Source: Candidatus Saganbacteria bacterium
GTDB lineage: Bacteria; Margulisbacteria; WOR-1; JAKLHX01
Assembly (NCBI GenBank): GCA_026387835.1
Contig: JAPLKZ010000004.1
Coordinates: forward strand, 92,983-124,982
DNA length: 32,000 nucleotides
Direction of reading: 5' to 3'
The notes under the pieces were generated by a model. That model made no database searches. It was not told the DNA's origin and was given only the letters and a program-made list of their open reading frames with translations. A program made the position numbers and the translations under genes. This document shows, piece after piece, positions 25,239 through 32,000 of the stretch (position 1 is its first letter; each line of letters begins with the position of its first letter).

Positions 25239-25256
25239 ATTGTGTCGAGTAAAATA

Positions 25257-25643
25257 ATGAATAAATTCGTAATAACAATATACTCTGTCTTTCTCATCAC
25301 CATGGCCTGCATTTTAACTTCCCCGGGCCTTGCCGGTGTTCATCAAATAACCGAAGAGATAAACGTGAAGGCCGGCGAGACCTTCACATTCACGCTTGAT
25401 TCCAACCCGACCACCGGCTTCAGCTGGCAGGTCGCGCCTCCTTTGGACAGGAATTATTTAAGGCTCATGGGTTCAGTGTTCCACAGGCCGGACACGACCT
25501 TGACGGGTGCTCCGGGAAAAGAAACATGGACCTTCAAAGCCGTCAAAAAAGGGAACGCCTTTATCAAAATGATATACGCACGGTCCTGGGAAAAGAATGT
25601 CCCTCCTGCCGCGATCCGAACCTGCAAGATCAAGATCATTTAA
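25257..25643 (+). CDS. chagasin-family (MEROPS I42) cysteine-peptidase inhibitor, exported
   Basis: Signal peptide or lipoprotein-like N-terminus. Motifs DSNPTTGFSWQ, GAPGKETWTFKA and YARSWE are typical of I42. Confidence 0.75.
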   Translation: MNKFVITIYSVFLITMACILTSPGLAGVHQITEEINVKAGETFTFTLDSNPTTGFSWQVAPPLDRNYLRLMGSVFHRPDTTLTGAPGKETWTFKAVKKGNAFIKMIYARSWEKNVPPAAIRTCKIKII

Positions 25644-25667
25644 GACAAAGTAAAGACCGCACATTTT

Positions 25668-25676
25668 TGATATAAT
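25668..25676 (+). promoter_or_regulatory. extended -10 (TGATATAAT) for leuCDB, predicted leaderless
   Basis: TGATATAAT is followed by 9 nt (AATATCAAC) and then the leuC ATG at 25686. No Shine-Dalgarno. Confidence 0.45.
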
Positions 25677-25685
25677 AATATCAAC

Positions 25686-26954
25686 ATGGCACAAACTATA
25701 ACAGAAAAGATCCTTGCCGCTCATTGCGGAAAAAAGGAAGTCCGTCCCGGCGAGTTCATCGAGGCCGATGCGGACATAGTGCTCGGGAATGATATAACCG
25801 CGCCGCCAGCGATAACCGAGTTTGAAAAATTCGAGATAAAAAAGGTTTTCGACAGGGATAAGATCGTCCTGGTGCCCGACCATTTCACCCCAAACAAGGA
25901 CATAAAATCCGCCCAGCAGGTCAAGATGATGAGGGAATTCGCTAAAAAGTATAAAATAAAACATTTCTTCGAGATAGGATGCATGGGGGTCGAACACGCC
26001 CTGCTTCCCGAACAGGGGATCGTCTACAGCGGCCAGCTGGTGATCGGCGCTGATTCTCACACCTGCACTTACGGCGCTCTCGGAGCTTTTTCAACCGGCG
26101 TGGGCTCGACCGACATGGCAGCTGCAATGGCGACAGGAAAAGTCTGGCTCAAAGTTCCGGAAACGATAAAATTCGTTTTTAAAGGGAAGCTCAACAAATG
26201 GGTCGGCGGAAAAGACCTGATACTCTATACCATCGGTGATATCGGCGTCGACGGCGCGCGGTACAAAGCAATGGAGTTCACCGGACCCGCTGTCTCAAAA
26301 CTGACGATGGACAGCCGCCTTGCCATGTGCAACATGGCTATCGAGGCAGGCGGAAAGAACGGCATCATCGCCCCCGACAAGATAACCAGACAGTACATAG
26401 GGTCGCGGCGTCTCGATCCCAGACAAACACCGGTCTATTATCAGAGTGATGAGGACGCGGAGTACTGCAGTGTCATAGAATATGATGCCGGCGATATCGA
26501 ACCGCAGGTGGCGTTCCCTCATCTGCCCTCCAACACGAAACCTATCAGCAAGGCCGGTAAAGTAAAACTTGACCAGGTAGTGATAGGCTCCTGCACGAAC
26601 GGAAGATATGAAGACCTCGAGATCGCGGCAAAGATATTGAAAGGCAGAAAGAGGCATAAAGACATAAGGCTGATCATCATCCCCGCGACCCAGAAGATCT
26701 ATGAACAGGCAATGAAGAACGGCCTGTTTGATATTTTCCTTAAAGCCGAAGCGGCGGTCTCAACCCCTACCTGCGGACCGTGTTTGGGCGGCCATATGGG
26801 GATACTTGCCGAAGGAGAGAGGGCTCTTGCGACCACTAACCGGAATTTTGTCGGACGCATGGGGCATCCCAAAAGCGAAGTCTATCTTTCGAACGCGGCA
26901 ATCGCAGCCGCATCTGCCGTGGCCGGATATATCGCGAGTCCCGAGGATCTATAA
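25686..26954 (+). CDS. leuC: 3-isopropylmalate dehydratase large subunit (aconitase family; a homoaconitase-type enzyme cannot be excluded)
   Basis: 422 aa. [23 protein letters not shown] and [11 protein letters not shown]...TPTCGPCLG provide the Fe-S cluster Cys ligands. Confidence 0.85.
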   Translation: MAQTITEKILAAHCGKKEVRPGEFIEADADIVLGNDITAPPAITEFEKFEIKKVFDRDKIVLVPDHFTPNKDIKSAQQVKMMREFAKKYKIKHFFEIGCMGVEHALLPEQGIVYSGQLVIGADSHTCTYGALGAFSTGVGSTDMAAAMATGKVWLKVPETIKFVFKGKLNKWVGGKDLILYTIGDIGVDGARYKAMEFTGPAVSKLTMDSRLAMCNMAIEAGGKNGIIAPDKITRQYIGSRRLDPRQTPVYYQSDEDAEYCSVIEYDAGDIEPQVAFPHLPSNTKPISKAGKVKLDQVVIGSCTNGRYEDLEIAAKILKGRKRHKDIRLIIIPATQKIYEQAMKNGLFDIFLKAEAAVSTPTCGPCLGGHMGILAEGERALATTNRNFVGRMGHPKSEVYLSNAAIAAASAVAGYIASPEDL

Positions 26955-27433
26955 TGCAAGGCAAAGCTTGGAAATTCAAGAATAATGTCGATACCGATCT
27001 GATAATACCCGCGCGGTATCTGAACACGCATGACCCGGCGGAGCTTGCCAGGCATTGCATGGAAGACGCTGACCCCGGGTTCTCTAAAAAGGTCAAAAAA
27101 GGCGATTTTATCGTCGCGGGCGAGAATTTCGGCTGCGGGTCTTCCCGCGAGCACGCTCCCGTCGCCATAAAAGCCGCCGGAGTCTCCGCAGTTATAGCGG
27201 GATCTTTCGCGAGGATATTTTTCAGGAACGCGATAAACATCGGGCTTCCGATAATAGAGCTAAAACAGGCAGATGAGATAAAAGAAGGCGACACGCTCGA
27301 AGTTGACGTTGAAAAAGGACAGATAAAGGACTTGGACAGCGGAAAGACATTTAAAGCCGGGCCTTTTTCGCCGTTCATGAAGAATATAATCGATAAAGGA
27401 GGGCTCATTAGTCATGTCAAAGAAAAATTATAA
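26954..27433 (+). CDS. leuD: 3-isopropylmalate dehydratase small subunit
   Basis: 159 aa. DTDLIIPARYL and GENFGCGSSREHAP. The ATG overlaps the leuC stop. Confidence 0.85.
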   Translation: MQGKAWKFKNNVDTDLIIPARYLNTHDPAELARHCMEDADPGFSKKVKKGDFIVAGENFGCGSSREHAPVAIKAAGVSAVIAGSFARIFFRNAINIGLPIIELKQADEIKEGDTLEVDVEKGQIKDLDSGKTFKAGPFSPFMKNIIDKGGLISHVKEKL

Positions 27434-28472
27434 TATCGGGGTGATCGGCGGTGACGGCACAGGCCCGGAGGTCGTAGCCGAAGGCCTGAAAGTGCTGAAA
27501 GCTGTCGAAAAGAAATTCAGTCTGGAAGTTAATACAAAGCTGCTTCCGTATGACGGGGAAAGATACCTGAAGACCGGCATCATCATAACGGATGAAGAGA
27601 TCGAAGGACTCAGGAAATTCGACGCCATCTATTTGGGGGCTATCGGCCATCCCAAAGTAGCGCCCGGAATACTGGAAAAAGGCATTCTTTTAAAGGTCAG
27701 ATTCGCACTTGACCAGTATATAAATTTAAGGCCCGTGAAATTATACGAGAACGTCTGGACCCCTTTAAAGGATAAAGGTCCCGAACATATAGATTTTGTC
27801 GTTGTAAGAGAGAATACGGAAGGGCTTTACGTCGGCACAGGAGGAACACTAAAAAAAGGCACCAAGGATGAAGTCGCGATCCAGGATTCAATCAATACAA
27901 GAAAAGGCGTGGAAAGATGCATCAGATACGCTTTTGAACTCACGCGCAAAAGGAACAAAAAGAAACAATTGACGCTTGTCGGCAAGACCAACGTCCTGAC
28001 CTATGCTTTTGACCTTTGGGAAAGGGCCTTTTATGAAGTTGCAAAAGAATATCCTGATATCAAACCGGATTATGCCCACGTGGATGCGACCTGCATGTGG
28101 TTTGTAAAAAACCCGGAATGGTTTGATGTTATCGTTACGGACAATCTTTTTGGTGATATAATCACTGATCTCGGCGCCATGATCCAGGGCGGGATGGGGA
28201 TAGCCGCGGGCGGCAACATCAACCCGGAAGGCGTTTCGATGTTCGAACCCATCGGCGGCTCTGCACCGAAATACACGGGACAAAATGTCATCAATCCACT
28301 TGCCGCGATCGGCGCTCTTCAGATGCTTCTTGAGAACATTGGCGAGGAAAAAGCCGCTGCTGCTGTCGAGAAATCGATAATGGCAGCCTGCAAGAAAATG
28401 AAGAGCATGTCAGCAGGAAAGATGGGATATTCCACTACACAGGTAGGCGACATGGTGGCGGAGGGGATATAG
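27414..28472 (+). CDS. leuB: 3-isopropylmalate dehydrogenase (beta-decarboxylating dehydrogenase family)
   Basis: 352 aa. IGVIGGDGTGPEV, VRENTEGLY, NLFGDIITDLGA and EPIGGSAPKYTGQNVINPLA. Confidence 0.85.
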   Translation: MSKKNYNIGVIGGDGTGPEVVAEGLKVLKAVEKKFSLEVNTKLLPYDGERYLKTGIIITDEEIEGLRKFDAIYLGAIGHPKVAPGILEKGILLKVRFALDQYINLRPVKLYENVWTPLKDKGPEHIDFVVVRENTEGLYVGTGGTLKKGTKDEVAIQDSINTRKGVERCIRYAFELTRKRNKKKQLTLVGKTNVLTYAFDLWERAFYEVAKEYPDIKPDYAHVDATCMWFVKNPEWFDVIVTDNLFGDIITDLGAMIQGGMGIAAGGNINPEGVSMFEPIGGSAPKYTGQNVINPLAAIGALQMLLENIGEEKAAAAVEKSIMAACKKMKSMSAGKMGYSTTQVGDMVAEGI

Positions 28473-29684
28473 TTACTGCGGCGGCAGCCAGATCTCGTTA
28501 GTACTACAATGTATACCGCCGTGTATGCCCAGGCCGAACATCCCGAAAGGTATTGAACTGACTTCGACCCTGATCCCCGCATTACGGAGCACCTCGATAG
28601 TCCTTTTAGCGGCGGAATCCACATAAACTCCTCCTCCTGGAAGAGGAAGAGAGTTTGCCGGAAGGCTGTCTTCATCAGGCAAGAGACCAAATTTGCTGGG
28701 GTTTATCTGCTTTACTATTTGATCGAGAAATCTTTTGTTCGCTTCATAATACGGTTCCATGAAAAAAACGGCATTTTCAACAGGTAAATATAGAATATTG
28801 AAATCCGAATGATCGCTCGGTATTAAAAACCTTCTTTTCGTTCCGATCTTGTCCAGTATTTCCGGCGGAAAAGCGTCCATGAACCCTGACGGGACTACGA
28901 ACGGTTTTATCCCTAAAGCGCTTAGCTTGCTGCTTATTGACCGGACATATTGACCTATTACACTTCTTGAGACCGGCGCATTTTTTTCTTCAGGAGGCAT
29001 CCAGGGTTCGCAGATAAACGCGAACTTGTCCCCTATTGTCGTTACGCCTTGATGCCCCAGTTCTGCCGGCTGAATTTTCAAGCCTTTTGCCCAATTCAAT
29101 AGACCGCTTAGATCGTTCCGCCGGAATTTGGGCGTCACGTATAAAGTATCTGCTATTTGCACAAAATTATCGCGCAGGAACTTTATTTTCAGCATGGGCT
29201 TGCGTTGATCGCTTATATGAACGATATCTTGTTCGCGGATCCCGATATCTTTTGCCTCATTTATCACATTCGAACCGAAATATTCATAGATCTTGGGATC
29301 CGGCGCAAGCAACCCGATCCTGTAGCCTAATGAGATCAGGTCCTGCATTAGAACTTTTTTTGCTTTTCCCCATGCCTCTTTCCGGCTGAATATCTGCTCC
29401 ATAAAAGCTAATGCTATTCTTCCGTTTTCAATATAAAAAGTATTTCCGTCCAGTGTTATTCCGTCCCTGTATATACGCCTGTCGACCGTTTGCGCGATCT
29501 GTATTATCTTCGCGCCTTTTACTCTTGCCTCAAACTCTTCGACCACTTGATTGACAGGTATATGCAGTCCGAATTCCCTGGATACCGCTCTTTCAATTGT
29601 CCTTGCAGCCTCGGGCTTGCAGGTAAAATCGGAAGGTGTGGTAATTATTACCGGTTTGTATCCGCGAATGATCCTGTTTATCAT
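28473..29684 (-). CDS. uncharacterised protein with agmatine-deiminase/PAD-like (pentein, guanidino-group-modifying) C-terminal signature
   Basis: 403 aa. The C-terminal ...HGGIHCSTNEIWLPPQ matches the GGGIHCITQQ catalytic-Cys motif that closes agmatine deiminase/PAD_porph enzymes. Upstream SDHSDF resembles the GHID His/Asp element. The N-terminal 250 aa are unrecognised. Confidence is for the family call; confidence that this is a real CDS is higher. Confidence 0.45.
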   Translation of the reverse strand: MINRIIRGYKPVIITTPSDFTCKPEAARTIERAVSREFGLHIPVNQVVEEFEARVKGAKIIQIAQTVDRRIYRDGITLDGNTFYIENGRIALAFMEQIFSRKEAWGKAKKVLMQDLISLGYRIGLLAPDPKIYEYFGSNVINEAKDIGIREQDIVHISDQRKPMLKIKFLRDNFVQIADTLYVTPKFRRNDLSGLLNWAKGLKIQPAELGHQGVTTIGDKFAFICEPWMPPEEKNAPVSRSVIGQYVRSISSKLSALGIKPFVVPSGFMDAFPPEILDKIGTKRRFLIPSDHSDFNILYLPVENAVFFMEPYYEANKRFLDQIVKQINPSKFGLLPDEDSLPANSLPLPGGGVYVDSAAKRTIEVLRNAGIRVEVSSIPFGMFGLGIHGGIHCSTNEIWLPPQ

Positions 29685-29890
29685 AATTGTAGTCCTAATT
29701 AACTTTCGTCAGAATCTTGATGAAATTTCATTGCTATTCTCCTTTTAGTTGTCAGTTTACTGTTTACCCCTGCATACTATCTTTATTATCTATTTCTTTA
29801 CTTATTTATGCCTTATTTACGGTTTGCAAGTATTTCTCGTGTTATCCCGATATATATTTACATATAGGCTTATAGGCCTGGAGAGATCAT

Positions 29891-30763
29891 ATGAAAAACA
29901 CGACAATTGATTATTTAAAATGGATACTCGAAGAGATAAACGCCTCTCTTGAGATGAACCCTTTTACCAGGCAATTGTACTCTCCGTTTGCCGTCGATGA
30001 AATAGTCGAAAAAGACGGCACCCTGGCACAGACCGAAAGGCTTCTCGTCGCCTCCGAGGTCTACCGCTGGGTGATGGGCGGCAAGTGGCGCCTTCTTGAC
30101 CTTGAACATCTGATAAAGACCCAGAGAGGCCACCTTGATTTTGACAAGAAGACGATAAAGCAGGATATAAAGCATCTTATAGACCAGCAGGACCTGCTTA
30201 ACGAGGACGTCCTCCAGATGGTCCTTCTGCTCACCGGGATAGATAAAAGGATAGTCGAGAACGCGAAGTACGTGATACAGAATAAATTCTTCATAACGGC
30301 GAACCCGAACAAGCTGTGGTCTTCTATCGGTTACTATGACATGAAAAATAAAAGTATCCATGTGAGCACCGGGGGAAAAGCAAAGGACGGAAAGTATAAA
30401 TTCCCCGTGGAAGATGTGATAGAAACAGCGGCCCACGAGCTCGGCCATCATATCTATATCTCAATGATCTCGGGAAAGTTCAAGACACCCAAAGGCACCA
30501 TAAGAAAGATCAGGGGCATGCTGAAAGGTGTCAAAACATCGAAAAATGACCTGGAGCATAATCAATGGCTTAAGTTCTACAAAGAGGACTACGAATCAGA
30601 CTGGCGGAGTAACAAAGCGGTTCAGATAGTGCCGGTCGAGGCTTACGTGAAATACGGCATCGAGAACGAATTATTCGCCCAGACTATCAGCGGCAAGACG
30701 ACCATTTCAAAGAGCAAAAGAAAACAACTGATAAAACTGATAAACGAAAGCTGCATCTTTTAA
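29891..30763 (+). CDS. putative zinc metallopeptidase (HExxH), uncharacterised family
   Basis: 290 aa with no signal peptide. AAHELGHHIY (HELGH at 30434..30448) and a later glutamate (GIENELFAQ). GGAGA Shine-Dalgarno 6 nt upstream. Confidence 0.5.
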   Translation: MKNTTIDYLKWILEEINASLEMNPFTRQLYSPFAVDEIVEKDGTLAQTERLLVASEVYRWVMGGKWRLLDLEHLIKTQRGHLDFDKKTIKQDIKHLIDQQDLLNEDVLQMVLLLTGIDKRIVENAKYVIQNKFFITANPNKLWSSIGYYDMKNKSIHVSTGGKAKDGKYKFPVEDVIETAAHELGHHIYISMISGKFKTPKGTIRKIRGMLKGVKTSKNDLEHNQWLKFYKEDYESDWRSNKAVQIVPVEAYVKYGIENELFAQTISGKTTISKSKRKQLIKLINESCIF

Positions 30764-30785
30764 CCGCTTTTTAAAGCTAAAGCAA

Positions 30786-31559
30786 TTATTTTGAAATACC
30801 CTGTGTAGGAGAACTCGCGCTCGCGAACGGCTTTTTCGGCATCCTTCCGGAAAGGAAACTTTTCCTTCCGGCTTCGACCCCGAACCTCACCGCTTCGGCC
30901 ATCAAAGCAGGATATTGCGCTTCCGCGACAGCGGTATTGATCAGGCACGCATCGGCGCCGGTCTCCATCGCGAGAGCCGCGTCGGACGCGCAGCCGATCC
31001 CGCTGTCAACGACTACAGGCACCGTAATGAACTGCCTGAGGACTTTAATTTTGTCGAAGTTTGGGACTCCCTGGCCCGAGCCGATAAATGAGCCTCCCGG
31101 CATTACGGTCGCGCAGCCGATCTCCTGGAGTTTTTTTGCGACGGTAAAATCATCGGTGGTATAAGGAAGAACGACAAAACCTTCTTCGATAAGTATCTTT
31201 GCCGCTTCGATGGTTGCGACCGGGTCAGGTACAAGATATTTTTGGTCGGCGATGACTTCGAGTTTCACCCAGTTCGTCAGCCCTGCTGCTTTTGCCAGCC
31301 GCGCTATCCTTACAGCTTCATCAACGCTGTAACAGCCCGCGGTATTCGGCAGGATAAAATATTTTTTTCGGTCGATGTGATCCAGCAGGGTCTTCTCGCC
31401 TGTATTTTCCAGGCTGACCCTTCTGACAGCGACGGTGACGATCTCGCAGCCCGACGCGTCAAGAGCTTCTTTCATAATCTCGAAAGTCTTGTATTTGCCC
31501 GTGCCCAGCATCAGCCTGGAGCGGAATTCTCTTCCGGCTATTACCAGATTGTTTTTCAT
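30786..31559 (-). CDS. thiG: thiazole synthase
   Basis: 257 aa. SRLMLGTGKY, VKLEVI and the (beta/alpha)8 pattern VMPGGSFIGSGQG. Overlaps thiE by 4 nt. Confidence 0.93.
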   Translation of the reverse strand: MKNNLVIAGREFRSRLMLGTGKYKTFEIMKEALDASGCEIVTVAVRRVSLENTGEKTLLDHIDRKKYFILPNTAGCYSVDEAVRIARLAKAAGLTNWVKLEVIADQKYLVPDPVATIEAAKILIEEGFVVLPYTTDDFTVAKKLQEIGCATVMPGGSFIGSGQGVPNFDKIKVLRQFITVPVVVDSGIGCASDAALAMETGADACLINTAVAEAQYPALMAEAVRFGVEAGRKSFLSGRMPKKPFASASSPTQGISK

Positions 31560-32000
31560 TTAAATATCCTGCGCATCCTCTTAACAGCGGAAGCCGGGTC
31601 TTTTGCAGCTACTGCCGCGCGTATCACTGCGACACGCTTTGCTCCCGCGGCGATTACAACTTTAATATTATCCTCATTTATACCGCCGATGGCAACCACA
31701 GGGACTTTGACCGACTTTAGAACTTTCTTCAATACTTCTATACCTAAAGGTTTTGTATCCGGTTTTGAAGGCGTTGAAAAGACCGGACCCAGGCTGATGT
31801 AATCCGCGCCGCTTTTTGCGCCTGTTATTGCCTGGTCAAAACTGTGACTTGACAGGCCTATGATCTTTCCGCTTCCAAGCAGCTTTCTCGCGACCGGCAC
31901 GGGAACATCATCCTGCCCCAGATGAACACCATCCGCGTCTATAGCAAGGCAGACATCGATATAATCGTTCACGATAAAAGTTACTCCAGCCCTCTTGCAC
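31556..32000 (-). CDS. thiE: thiamine-phosphate synthase, partial (N-terminus beyond the window end)
   Basis: VNDYIDVCLAIDADGVHLGQDD and GPVFSTPSK are ThiE motifs. The frame remains open upstream of the ORF-track GTG (31972) to the window edge (..CKRAGVTFIVND..), so the gene is 5'-truncated here. Confidence 0.85.
   Translation of the reverse strand, partial: CKRAGVTFIVNDYIDVCLAIDADGVHLGQDDVPVPVARKLLGSGKIIGLSSHSFDQAITGAKSGADYISLGPVFSTPSKPDTKPLGIEVLKKVLKSVKVPVVAIGGINEDNIKVVIAAGAKRVAVIRAAVAAKDPASAVKRMRRIFK

Noticed and set aside
25644-25685. A leucine leader peptide, attenuator or T-box upstream of leuC.
   Set aside because: Only 42 nt separate the I42 gene's stop from the leuC ATG, and the -10 element occupies part of it. 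There is no room for an attenuator.
28154-28162. A fourth TGATATAAT copy as an internal promoter.
   Set aside because: It lies inside leuB, where it encodes the universally conserved GDIITD motif (GGT GAT ATA ATC ACT GAT). There is no start codon at leaderless spacing.
31973-32000. A TPP riboswitch controlling thiE-thiG.
   Set aside because: thiE is 5'-truncated by the window edge, so any leader lies outside the window and cannot be assessed.

Overview
This is a densely coding bacterial chromosomal window, and most genes sit on the minus strand with gaps of 0-20 nt or small overlaps.

Gene content, left to right:
- A partial unknown ORF, followed by three exported or outer-membrane-like proteins.
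- A leaderless ribbon-helix-helix (RHH) gene and a GIY-YIG nuclease gene that abut a complete K+ uptake locus, kdpF-A-B-C-D-E.
- tRNA-Gln(CUG).
- A four-helix-bundle gene (23S-rRNA-IVS/Avd family) boxed in by heptamer-repeat arrays.
- nadB.
- A 15-gene minus-strand array: DUF3467-like, a GAF histidine kinase, alr, dnaX, ybaB, recR, a membrane protein, porGDAB, hup, a Ycf45/SpoIIIAA-like R3H ATPase and an RluE-like pseudouridine synthase.
- A chagasin-type (I42) inhibitor and leuCDB.
- A divergent pair of uncharacterised enzymes: one with an agmatine-deiminase/pentein-like C-terminus, one with an HExxH motif.
- thiG and partial thiE.

I found no rRNA, CRISPR array, transposase, reverse transcriptase or recognisable multi-gene defence system, and most of the window is housekeeping.

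The most unusual signals:
1. A 422-bp four-helix-bundle cassette lies between 34-nt direct repeats made of all-frame-stop heptamers, beside the tRNA.
2. An unannotated 37-aa hydrophobic ORF lies upstream of kdpF, and a KdpE-like direct-repeat box lies upstream of that ORF.
3. TGATATAAT extended -10 elements recur about 10 nt from ATG codons that lack a Shine-Dalgarno, which suggests leaderless mRNAs.
4. The divergent pentein-like and HExxH gene pair has a 10-codon upstream ORF.

All functional calls rest on motif recognition by eye. No database search was run.
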